Source: an uncultured archaeon (GTDB lineage: Archaea; Asgardarchaeota; Lokiarchaeia; Sigyniarchaeales; SOKP01). From it: a stretch of DNA of 28,374 bases. The stretch's first letter is position 1, and the number at the start of each line of letters is the position of its first letter. Below the pieces are notes generated by a model. The model saw only the letters and a program-made list of their open reading frames with translations, was not told the DNA's origin and did no database searches. Positions 10,244-18,576 of the stretch are shown here, piece by piece. The DNA is taken from the NCBI GenBank assembly GCA_964493715.1, contig CAZBPC010000038.1:1-28374 (forward strand), read 5' to 3'. The position numbers and the translations under genes were made by a program.

Positions 10244-12175
10244 ATGGAAAACTTTTTTGAAATGTTAAACCTTTCTAAAAATGCCATTCAAATATATTTA
10301 AAGTGTTTTGGGAAATATTCAATTTCAAAGATGGAATTGAATATTATTTTACCAAATTTATCACTTGAGGAGGTTTCAAACGCATTAAGCGAACTTATAG
10401 ATATTGGAATGATAATACCAATTTATCCAACAGATCCTAAAATTCTTGTTCATTATTTGGCAATTCCTCCTTTCGGAGCTGTGAGCAACTACTACGAAAA
10501 TATAAATGAAAATGTTGAAAATATCAAAACACAGATCCAGCTCATTGTAGGTAAAACTTTAGAAAAAATATTCAAAGATAACCAATTAATTGAAATAGAT
10601 ACTGCTTTTAAAGCTATAAAAGATCTAAGAAAAGATATTGACGAAGATTCGACAATTCAAAAGCAAGATGTAGAAGATATTGTGGCAGGAATGGAGAATC
10701 TGAGGGTTTTAAGCGATGCCTTTGAAAGTTTACACCATAATATAAAAGGCGTAACTCAATCTGAATTTACAAACTTAATAAAAATTATACCTACAATTGA
10801 AAATGAAATAAAAGAAAAAATTAATTCTTTAGAAATCAAAAAAAACAAAGAAGAATTAATAGAAATCGTTAGCACTGTGTTTAAAATGAACTTTGATACA
10901 ATGGTGGAAGAATTTACAATCGATTTACACGAGAAGATTAAGAAGGAATTTGATAATACCTTAGAGTCTATGAATACCATTATTAACTCTATGTTTCAAT
11001 TTAGGAATGATTTCAAAATGCTTTTATTAAATATGATGACTAATTTTGAGGTTAAAATAAATGAAATTTTTGAGATTGTGAAAAATAAAAAAGCTCAGTT
11101 GAAGCCTCAAATGGAGAGTTTTAGAGATCTCATAACTATCAAAATTAATGAAATAGTGCAAAACTCAATAAATTCAATTATAAAATTAAATGAACCTATC
11201 AATTCAGTAATGGATAGTTATTTAAAAATCATATCCACCTCTGAAAAAACACAAATTGATAAAATTTATCCAGTTTTTAGCTTAGCTAAAGTGAGTGAAG
11301 AATTCTCAAATTTTCTTGTTAATACAAAACAAAATCTAATAATCATCGTACCTAACCTTGAATCACTTATTTTACCCGAACACTTGAAAGAAGTATCGAG
11401 TTCTAGAAAAATAAAGATTATATCTTCGGAGGCACATACTAATAGTATTGTGAAGAAATTTGTTGAATTATCGAATGTAGATTATCGAATGTTAAAAAAT
11501 GAAACAATAATTATATTAAAAGGAGATAATGACCACGTGCTGCTTGGTGTTATCCAAGGAGATTCCTCTGATCCATTGAATAACTTTGTTGGAGTCTCTA
11601 GTAATTATACTCCTTTCGTTAAGATGTTAGACACATTGATAAATACATTATTAGAAATTGCCGTGAAGGATTCATTTCAAGTGCCAAAATCCATTGGTGT
11701 TGAAGGAGTGAACACAGATGTTCGTAGACAGATGAAAATTACCAATGAGCTTGAATCTAAAGCAAAGATCCTCGAAGAAAACAAACCAATAACTCCTACT
11801 CCGATTAAAACGGAAGTAAAAAAGACAATTGAAAAAATAGAACCTCCAAAAGAAATACCAAAGGCTTCAGCTCCTCCTACTCAAGCCGATCAAAAATCTA
11901 GTGAAATACCTAAACCTGAAGATCAATCTAGTATTATTATTAATAAGGCATTTATTGATCTAATTCAAAAAATGGGATCACTTAAAGGAAAAGAATTTAG
12001 TGAAGAATTACAAACCATAGCTAATCTGATACTAGAAAAAAAAGGATTTTCTGTAACACTCCATAAAATTAGAAGTACCATTAATCAATTCAAACTTAGC
12101 GAAGAGTATCTCAATGAGCTGGACAGGAAACAAGTTGTTACAAGTATTGAAGACTGGAAATCGCACTTGTTTTGA
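10244..12175 (+). CDS. TrmB-like protein: N-terminal winged HTH, long coiled-coil/helical region, PLD-like (TrmB effector-type) domain, Pro-rich linker, C-terminal helical domain
   Basis: N-terminus LNLSKNAIQIYL...LSLEEVSNALSELIDIGMI...YLAIPP resembles the TrmB wHTH. About 250 aa of heptad-rich helix follows. TKQNLIIIVP...IKIISS...YRML...IIILKGDNDHVLLG resembles the PLD-fold TrmB C-domain without HKD. Confidence 0.55.
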   Translation: MENFFEMLNLSKNAIQIYLKCFGKYSISKMELNIILPNLSLEEVSNALSELIDIGMIIPIYPTDPKILVHYLAIPPFGAVSNYYENINENVENIKTQIQLIVGKTLEKIFKDNQLIEIDTAFKAIKDLRKDIDEDSTIQKQDVEDIVAGMENLRVLSDAFESLHHNIKGVTQSEFTNLIKIIPTIENEIKEKINSLEIKKNKEELIEIVSTVFKMNFDTMVEEFTIDLHEKIKKEFDNTLESMNTIINSMFQFRNDFKMLLLNMMTNFEVKINEIFEIVKNKKAQLKPQMESFRDLITIKINEIVQNSINSIIKLNEPINSVMDSYLKIISTSEKTQIDKIYPVFSLAKVSEEFSNFLVNTKQNLIIIVPNLESLILPEHLKEVSSSRKIKIISSEAHTNSIVKKFVELSNVDYRMLKNETIIILKGDNDHVLLGVIQGDSSDPLNNFVGVSSNYTPFVKMLDTLINTLLEIAVKDSFQVPKSIGVEGVNTDVRRQMKITNELESKAKILEENKPITPTPIKTEVKKTIEKIEPPKEIPKASAPPTQADQKSSEIPKPEDQSSIIINKAFIDLIQKMGSLKGKEFSEELQTIANLILEKKGFSVTLHKIRSTINQFKLSEEYLNELDRKQVVTSIEDWKSHLF

Positions 12176-12183
12176 AATAAAAA

Positions 12184-12954
12184 CTATTTTTTCTTAATTC
12201 TATTTATCCCCTTGCTTATTGAGGAAATTAACTGCCATAATTGTGAGCCAAAGAATATGCACAAGAGAATGACTGACATCGTAATAAATACAATAGGATG
12301 CACTTGGTCACCAAATAAGCCGATTATTCCAAACACTGGGACTATAGGAGCAATTAAAATTACAAGATAATAAAACGATTTTCCTTTTTCTTTGTATTTT
12401 AGATGGGTTGTTATATTAAGCCATCCAAAGAGGATTAAGAATATTGGGATTGAATAATAGGCGATTGCGGGATATGGATCAGCTAATCCACCATACGCTG
12501 CAGCATAAAAGTAATTAGCAAAATAGAATACTATCATCTCAAGAGCGGTAATTGGCGTTGGAACACCCATGTATCCTGCACCAGTAGAAATATTAAAACG
12601 AGCTAATCTTAAAAGTGATCCTAAAGCAAATATTATGCATCCTATCATTAAAACGAGATCATAAAGGCTTCCAGTTTTAAATGCTTGAAATGTTAATAAT
12701 GCTGGCACTATTCCAAAAGTCAGTGAATCACTTAGAGAATCGAGTTCCCTCCCAATCTCATTTACAGTTCCCGTCTTTCGAGCAATGTATCCATCCAGCA
12801 AATCTGTACCTAAAGTTAAAGATATTAGGAAGAAACCAAAAGTGACTGTATAACGTGTACCTATTCCAGCATATATCAATGATACCAACCCAATAGTCGT
12901 TCCTAATAGCGTGGCATAGTCTTTCAGTTTAAGTAATTTTGGTATGGATGACAT
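12184..12954 (-). CDS. pssA: CDP-alcohol phosphatidyltransferase, PssA/archaetidylserine-synthase-like
   Basis: Signature DLLDGYIARKTG...GRELDSLSDSLTFGIVPA, plus the LRLARFN and YMGVPTP motifs of the PssA subgroup. Confidence 0.8.
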   Translation of the reverse strand: MSSIPKLLKLKDYATLLGTTIGLVSLIYAGIGTRYTVTFGFFLISLTLGTDLLDGYIARKTGTVNEIGRELDSLSDSLTFGIVPALLTFQAFKTGSLYDLVLMIGCIIFALGSLLRLARFNISTGAGYMGVPTPITALEMIVFYFANYFYAAAYGGLADPYPAIAYYSIPIFLILFGWLNITTHLKYKEKGKSFYYLVILIAPIVPVFGIIGLFGDQVHPIVFITMSVILLCIFFGSQLWQLISSISKGINRIKKK

Positions 12955-13022
12955 TATAATCTCTTTTTATATTTAATATTTTAAATCTCGATTCATTTAA
13001 AACATTTCCGTTGGATGCATTA

Positions 13023-13121
13023 ATGAACTCCCTCAACTTTAGGTTGAGGTCAAAAAAAAATCTTATTAAACAAGAAGCACTCAAAGTTTTTGAAGAACTT
13101 GAAAGAAAATTGCAGAGATAA
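13023..13121 (+). pseudogene. Possible 3' remnant of an upstream gene, or a 32-aa small ORF
   Basis: My translation: MNSLNFRLRSKKNLIKQEALKVFEELERKLQR*. The second half looks like an amphipathic C-terminal helix and the stop lies 3 nt before the next ATG. Confidence 0.3.
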
Positions 13122-13124
13122 AAA

Positions 13125-13586
13125 ATGCGAGATAAACGATTTGTAGTAGTACATCGTGGTGGATCACTCATTAAAGACCATCATCATCAAATAATTAGAT
13201 GGGCAAGGGAATGTTCAGAACATGTATTACCGCTTATCGATCAGAATATTGATAAGCGGCTAATTAATGCACTTTTTATTGCTAAAGAATGGGAAAAAGA
13301 AAATGTAACTGTAGGTGAAGCAAGAACTGCCTCTTTAGGTGCAATAGCAGTAGCAAATGAATCTTCAAATCCAATTATAACAGCAGTAGCGCGTTCTATT
13401 GGACATGCTGTAGCAACTGCTCATATGGCTGACCATTCAATAGGAGCTGCTGAATATGCACTTAAAGCGGTGAAATTTTCAGGTAAATCAATTGAAGAAG
13501 AAAGAAAATGGCAAGACAAAAAATTGACTTTAGATATTTCGGAACTTATATTAACAGCAAGGCAGAAAAAGAAACTTAAGATATAA
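13125..13586 (+). CDS. Putative immunity protein, Imm5-like helical family
   Basis: WARECSEHVL, ARSIGHAVATAHMADHSIGAAEYALKA and EERKWQ match the widespread bacterial Imm5-like 'putative immunity protein' pattern. Confidence 0.75.
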   Translation: MRDKRFVVVHRGGSLIKDHHHQIIRWARECSEHVLPLIDQNIDKRLINALFIAKEWEKENVTVGEARTASLGAIAVANESSNPIITAVARSIGHAVATAHMADHSIGAAEYALKAVKFSGKSIEEERKWQDKKLTLDISELILTARQKKKLKI

Positions 13587-13751
13587 AACACGCGAAATAA
13601 ATCTATGGGTTACAGACGATTTGGTTTCGATATCTCGATTCATTAAAATAATTAATTTTTGGACTCCTTCAACCTTAAATTTATTAAACTAAATGTACTA
13701 TTAATGAATAGGTTTACTATAATACATATAGTTTAAAGGTAGAGTTAATCA

Positions 13752-14558
13752 ATGAAGAATTGTCAAGAATGTGGCGAATCAGTGAGTGAAGATCAAAGAT
13801 TTTGTGAAAAATGCGGAGCAGAATTGATACATGAAGCAGAAAAAATTAGCTTAACTACTCCTACAACTCAAGCACCTACTCCAGCACCTATACAAAAGGG
13901 GGGGTTATTTGATTTGAGCCGAAATTATTATTTGATTAAAGAAAATGCTTGGGATTTAGGATTTGGTGAAATTTACGATGAGAAAGGAACAACTATCGGA
14001 TTAATGCATCGCATTCTGTTTAGTATTCGGAGACGTGTTGAATTACAGGAGAATGATGGCACTGTAGTTGCAACGATCCATAGCAAAATAGTCAGTGCCA
14101 GAGGAGCTCAAGACCTAAAGGACCCAATTGGTGTCCCTATTGCTCGAATTAAGAGAAAAATACTCACATTTTTTAAGCAAAAATTCTTTTTAGAAGAACC
14201 TGAGACAAAAATTCGTTGGTATGAGGCTGAAGGTGATTTTTTTGGTTGGAGTTTTAGAATTTTTGAGAGTAATACTCATAAGCTCATCGCAGAAATAGAA
14301 AAAGCAGATAAATGGCGAGATATTTTTCTGGGTGGCATTTTCGACTATGCTGATCGCTATGCATTAAGGATATTTGATAATGAAACTGATCGTAGAATTC
14401 TTGTAGGTTTCGTTTTATCTATAGATAATGTTTTGCATGATAACCAAGGAGGTATTGGACCCATGATTGGAGGTGTAAGAGGTCCAATGCTAGGTAGAAT
14501 ACCAGGAAGATTTCCAGGTCCCGCTGGAAGACGCCCAGGGACTCGTCGTCCATGGTAA
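13752..14558 (+). CDS. Zinc-ribbon + LURP-one/scramblase (Tubby-C-like) domain protein with Gly/Pro/Arg-rich tail
   Basis: N-terminal CQECG...FCEKCG and a Pro/Thr linker. Repeated beta-hairpins (IYDEKGTTIG, LQENDGTVVATI, LKDPIGVPIARI, AEGDFFGWSFRI...IAEIEK) end in the D.Y.L.I...D..ILVGFVLSID helix typical of LURP-one/scramblase. Confidence 0.8.
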   Translation: MKNCQECGESVSEDQRFCEKCGAELIHEAEKISLTTPTTQAPTPAPIQKGGLFDLSRNYYLIKENAWDLGFGEIYDEKGTTIGLMHRILFSIRRRVELQENDGTVVATIHSKIVSARGAQDLKDPIGVPIARIKRKILTFFKQKFFLEEPETKIRWYEAEGDFFGWSFRIFESNTHKLIAEIEKADKWRDIFLGGIFDYADRYALRIFDNETDRRILVGFVLSIDNVLHDNQGGIGPMIGGVRGPMLGRIPGRFPGPAGRRPGTRRPW

Positions 14559-14847
14559 CCTAAATAATCATTTAATTATTTAACGGTTAATTATAATTCC
14601 ATGTTAATTTCAAATAATATTCTTATTTGGGTTAATTCTGGGACTATTGAATTACATTCCAGATTTTTTACATCTTTTAAAAAGAACAGATAAGACTCAA
14701 TAATTCTTATTCTTAAGAACGAAAATTTCTTTTGGAATTGGTAAGTTTTTTAAAAGTTTAATTTATTATGGAGATAAAAGGAATATTAAGTGACTTTTTT
14801 TTCAAAACTTAGATCTTCAGATACAATAATTGTAGAGGAGTATAAAA

Positions 14848-15786
14848 ATGACAGATATTTACGAAGAATTCAGGGTTTATAAATTAGAGGACTCAGGAGA
14901 ACGCAATAAATTAGGAATAAAACAAGAAGAACTTCAAAATATTTTAAATCCAGAAGCTGTTGTTATTATTGTGAGAGAAGATTTAAGAAGAATTTTCATA
15001 TGGAAGGGTTCAAAATCCTCTGTTAGAAAAAGATTTGTAAGTTCTCGAGTGGCCCAACAATTGCAAAAAGAACTTATTGATGATTCACGATATCATAGAT
15101 GTAAAATAGTTTCTATTGACCAAGGTGACGAACTTCACGAATTCTTAAATGCTTTTAGGTTAGAGTCGATGGAGGTCACTGAACGTTTACCAGATCTGCG
15201 CTATATTCGAAATATTGAGAGAGATAGGATAGAAGAAGCTGAAAAACTCATAAGTGAAAGTACTACATCCAAAAAAGAGAATGAAGTTTACATTTCTCCT
15301 GGATTAAGTGATACTGATAACACTATTGTAATGTCTTCGTTTTCTCGGGATGTACCCAAAATAAATAAAAACCCTGTCATGCAAACAACTGCCAAAAAAG
15401 AATTATTTTCTATTCAAGAGCAAGAAAAGATAAAAGGAAAAGTTCTTGAGAAAGAAATTCCTAGTGAATATGAAAGACAAAACTTAATTCTTGGTCATAC
15501 CTTATTTGGCGCTACCACCAAAACCTTTGAAGTGTTTGGAAAGGATGTTGTAGAGGTAGCATGGGAAAAAGTAACAAAGTTACCAAAAGACATGATTGAA
15601 TTAGATGATTATAAATTAAGAGTCTATTTAGATGACAAAAAAGGAATTGTTGAGGCTGTCGAAGTTTTAAAGAAAAAAGACTCGATGCAAAAACAAGAAA
15701 ATAAAGATAAACCTACATCTTCAAATTACAATTCTAAATCACAGGGAAGAAGGGAGTTACCAAAAATTCCTAGCAACAATAAATGA
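14848..15786 (+). CDS. Asgard-type gelsolin-domain protein (single gelsolin repeat plus a C-terminal domain, 1DGelX-like)
   Basis: LNPEAVVIIV...RRIFIWKGSKSSVRKRF...AQQL...IVSIDQGDELHEFL follows the gelsolin repeat consensus. GAGGAG Shine-Dalgarno upstream. Confidence 0.8.
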   Translation: MTDIYEEFRVYKLEDSGERNKLGIKQEELQNILNPEAVVIIVREDLRRIFIWKGSKSSVRKRFVSSRVAQQLQKELIDDSRYHRCKIVSIDQGDELHEFLNAFRLESMEVTERLPDLRYIRNIERDRIEEAEKLISESTTSKKENEVYISPGLSDTDNTIVMSSFSRDVPKINKNPVMQTTAKKELFSIQEQEKIKGKVLEKEIPSEYERQNLILGHTLFGATTKTFEVFGKDVVEVAWEKVTKLPKDMIELDDYKLRVYLDDKKGIVEAVEVLKKKDSMQKQENKDKPTSSNYNSKSQGRRELPKIPSNNK

Positions 15787-15796
15787 GCTTTACCTT

Positions 15797-16498
15797 TTAT
15801 AACTCATAAAAGTCCTTTTCTTCAGTATCGAATTCTTCTAAGGGTTCACTATCACTCGTATCAGTTGATTTATTGGTTTCATCGACATTATCTGCTTTTT
15901 CTTCCTTTATTTCATTAGGCGTGCTAGAAGTTAGTTTTTCTTGAATAGATTTTTTCGATTCTGCTTTTTCTTCATCATTTTCTTCTTCTAGCTCTCTTTT
16001 TTTAGTCATCATCTTGATATTCTTCAATCCTTCAATTGCTTCTTTTCTTACCAAGGCGCTTCTATCCTTTAAAGCTTTTGCTAACACATCAAGGGAATAA
16101 GGATGGTGTAACTTACCTAATTCCGAAGCTGCCTCTTTCCTTACCTGTTCATCTGGATCATTCAATAGAATGTAGGAGAGTAGACCGATAACATCGTTTT
16201 CTCCAAATTCCCCAATTGATGCAACTGCTGATTTCCTTACATCCGGATTTGGATCAGAAACTGCTGTATCAGCTAATGTTTTGGTTACTTCATCAGAACG
16301 TCCAATAGGTGAAATCGAGCTAATATTTGTTCCACAAAATTTACAGAACGAATGAGTTATCTTGATTATCTTACCACAAGCAGGACATATCCTATGAATT
16401 GAAAAATCTAATGGAGCTCGAGGAGAACCTCTTGCTTCAGGTTTAGGTTGCTCATTTCTGATTCTGTATGGATTGCTATCATATTCTCTGTATCCCAT
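15797..16498 (-). CDS. Zinc-ribbon + HEAT (PBS-lyase-like) repeat protein with acidic tail
   Basis: CPACG...FCKFCG followed by three repeats DPNPDVRKSAVASIG / DPDEQVRKEAASELG / DRSALVRKEAIEGL. Acidic low-complexity C-terminus. Confidence 0.85.
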   Translation of the reverse strand: MGYREYDSNPYRIRNEQPKPEARGSPRAPLDFSIHRICPACGKIIKITHSFCKFCGTNISSISPIGRSDEVTKTLADTAVSDPNPDVRKSAVASIGEFGENDVIGLLSYILLNDPDEQVRKEAASELGKLHHPYSLDVLAKALKDRSALVRKEAIEGLKNIKMMTKKRELEEENDEEKAESKKSIQEKLTSSTPNEIKEEKADNVDETNKSTDTSDSEPLEEFDTEEKDFYEL

Positions 16499-16597
16499 TA
16501 CTATTTACTCTCTAATTTTTTATTTTATCTTATGACTATAATAACGAAACGATTTAATTAAATTAACGGGAGTCCAATTTTCGAACAAGAGATATTT

Positions 16598-16610
16598 AAA
16601 AAAAAAAAAA
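16598..16610 (-). terminator. Poly-T (13 nt on the minus strand) archaeal-type terminator after fbaB
   Basis: A13 on the + strand directly abuts the fbaB stop codon at 16611. Confidence 0.55.
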
Positions 16611-17672
16611 TTATGCAATGGTTATTTCTTTGCACAGATAGACATCTTGTACGGCATTTAAGATCTTAATTCCTTCAGGAGTTGGTTTTTTAAATGCTTT
16701 TCTTCCCAAAATAAGACCCGTACCTCCAGAACGTTTATTTATTACAGCTGCGGTCACAGCATCTGCAAGATCATTCTTACCCGATTCTCCTCCGGAATTT
16801 ATGAGTCCAACTCTGCCCATATAGCAATTTGTTACTTGATATCTATTCCATTCTAGTGGGTGATCTGTTGCTAACTTATTGTAAACCAATTCATCGGTCT
16901 TTCCAAAATTCAGATCTAAGAACCCTCGACTGAGCGTTGAGATTTTTTGCTTAATAATATCTGCTTCTATTGTTACACCAATATGATTAGCTTGACTCTC
17001 CAAATCGTTCGCAGTGTGGTAATCCTTACCATTTTTCACAAATTCTTCTGTATTTCTTAAATAGCACCATAATACACACACTAAACCGAGTTCATGAGCA
17101 ATTTTAAATGCTTCTGAAGTTTCTTGTATCTGGCGTCTAGAATTTTGAGAACCAAAGTAGATTGTGGATCCAACTCCAACTGCTCCCATATCCCAAGCTT
17201 GTTCTACACTAGCAAACATTGTTTGATCTGATATCTCTGGTTTTGACAACAGTTCATTATGGTTTAACTTGACTATAAATGGCAATTTGCGAGCATATTG
17301 CCTACTAATTGATCCAAGAACGCCTAATGTTGATGCTACAGCATTACAACCGCCTTCAATAGCTAATTTAATGATATTTTCAGGATCGAAATATCTTGGA
17401 TTGCGAGCAAAACTCGCAGAAGCTGTGTGTTCGATTCCTTGATCAACTGGGAGTATGGAAAGATACCCAGTTCCCGCCAATCTTCCTGTTTGGTTATATA
17501 ATCTTTCCATATTATTAAGCATTACATTGTTCCGATCACTATGTTCAATGACATTTTTAATGAAATCCGGTCCAGGGAGGTGTATCATTTCCTTGGGTAT
17601 ACCAGTACAAGTGTGATTTAACAAATCATCTGCTTCTGGTCCAAGTAAATTTTTTATTTCTTTGAAATCCAT
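16611..17672 (-). CDS. fbaB: Class I fructose-bisphosphate aldolase (FbaB/DhnA type)
   Basis: [50 protein letters not shown], Schiff-base lysine region ADIIKQK, GLINSGG and NKRSGG.GLI.GRKAF. Confidence 0.95.
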   Translation of the reverse strand: MDFKEIKNLLGPEADDLLNHTCTGIPKEMIHLPGPDFIKNVIEHSDRNNVMLNNMERLYNQTGRLAGTGYLSILPVDQGIEHTASASFARNPRYFDPENIIKLAIEGGCNAVASTLGVLGSISRQYARKLPFIVKLNHNELLSKPEISDQTMFASVEQAWDMGAVGVGSTIYFGSQNSRRQIQETSEAFKIAHELGLVCVLWCYLRNTEEFVKNGKDYHTANDLESQANHIGVTIEADIIKQKISTLSRGFLDLNFGKTDELVYNKLATDHPLEWNRYQVTNCYMGRVGLINSGGESGKNDLADAVTAAVINKRSGGTGLILGRKAFKKPTPEGIKILNAVQDVYLCKEITIA

Positions 17673-17675
17673 TTT

Positions 17676-17751
17676 TAATTTACCTCTTATAGGTTATAAT
17701 ATTCTTCACAAATAATAATTTACCTCTTATAGGTTATAATTCTTCACAAAT
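17676..17751. repeat. Two-copy tandem repeat (period 40 bp) covering the fbaB ribosome-binding site/leader
   Basis: TAATTTACCTCTTATAGGTTATAAT(AT)TCTTCACAAAT at 17676-17713 and 17716-17751; copy 2 lacks 2 nt. Each copy contains AGAGGT (Shine-Dalgarno-like) on the minus strand. Confidence 0.9.
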
Positions 17752-17903
17752 TAAATAAACATTTTTATGAAATATAGTCTAAAAGTTTTTTTCAAAATCA
17801 GAATTTACTCAATTAGAATCTTTTAATTGGTTATAAAACCCATTAAAATGTAAAGAATTTATATAACATAAACTTTTCATTCAAAAATTAAGGAGATTAA
17901 GAA

Positions 17904-18167
17904 ATGGTCGATCATGGAACTTATTTAAAAGCGGTGAACCATCCCGTACGCAAAGCAATGTTGCAAATTATCAATAATTCAACTAAAATTTCTAAAGCAG
18001 AGCTTTTGAACAAATTAAAAGAAAATCATGTTATAGAAAATGAAGACATGTTTGATTACAACATGAATTACTTGTTACAAACTGAATGTGTTAAGAAATT
18101 AAATCTTGAAAATGATAATATAGAATATGAAATATTACCAGCAGGAAAAGTAATTGAAAAATATTAA
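17904..18167 (+). CDS. Small ArsR-like winged-helix protein (paralog 1)
   Basis: YLKAVNHPVRKAMLQII...FDYNMNYLLQTECV...YEILPAGK resembles an ArsR/DUF7347-style wHTH. AGGAG Shine-Dalgarno upstream. Confidence 0.75.
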   Translation: MVDHGTYLKAVNHPVRKAMLQIINNSTKISKAELLNKLKENHVIENEDMFDYNMNYLLQTECVKKLNLENDNIEYEILPAGKVIEKY

Positions 18168-18205
18168 TTCTCTTTTTCTTTTTAATCATTATAATATTAG
18201 ACATA

Positions 18206-18568
18206 TTGCATTTTTACTTACTCATGCCAGATGAATCAGATTTTAAAGATTATAAGAGCATCGAAGAATTTGGAAAAACAATGGAAGGGAGCAAATATTT
18301 TCATGATCTCTATTTAAAAGCGGTTAATCATCCCGTTAGGCGTGAGATTCTGACACGACTTAGTGGTAATGAGGGTCTGTCTAAAAAAATCTTAATTGAC
18401 CATTTGCTTGAAAGGAAGTTAATCAAGGATGAAAGCATGTTAAAATATAACATAGATTACCTTATTAAAGCATTATGCATTCAAATAAAACGGGATGTAA
18501 ATACGGGTGAAGAAATTTACTATATTACCCAAGAGGGCAAAGTAATAGATTATTTGGACAAATCATAG
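18206..18568 (+). CDS. Small ArsR-like winged-helix protein (paralog 2); start probably ATG 18224
   Basis: YLKAVNHPVRREILTRL...LKYNIDYLIKALCI...YYITQEGKVI, collinear with the upstream paralog. Confidence 0.75.
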   Translation: MHFYLLMPDESDFKDYKSIEEFGKTMEGSKYFHDLYLKAVNHPVRREILTRLSGNEGLSKKILIDHLLERKLIKDESMLKYNIDYLIKALCIQIKRDVNTGEEIYYITQEGKVIDYLDKS

Positions 18569-18576
18569 GAAAATTT

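Larger units (their letters stand above)
12985..13677 (+). repeat. Degenerate direct repeat flanking the Imm5-like gene
   Basis: Exact 13-mer ATCTCGATTCATT at 12985-12997 and 13632-13644. A second block follows in the same order: ACTCCCTCAACTTTA (13027-13041) vs ACTCCTTCAACCTTA (13663-13677), 13/15 identical. Confidence 0.55.

Noticed and set aside
13125-13586. Complete toxin-immunity or defence system
   Set aside because: No toxin gene is recognisable nearby; only a 32-codon stub lies upstream.
14559-14847. Small ORF or ncRNA in the 290-bp intergenic gap
   Set aside because: Only a 33-codon ORF without RBS or motif and short AT-rich palindromes expected by chance; no GC-rich structured RNA.
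7290-15786. Sec23/Sec24-like system (zinc finger + vWA + gelsolin domains all present in the region)
   Set aside because: Domain order is wrong (the finger is C-terminal to the vWA), no beta-sandwich/helical domains are evident, and the gelsolin gene is separate and ~5 kb away.
17676-17751. Possible CRISPR mini-array
   Set aside because: Only two copies separated by 2 nt, with no spacer and no cas genes.
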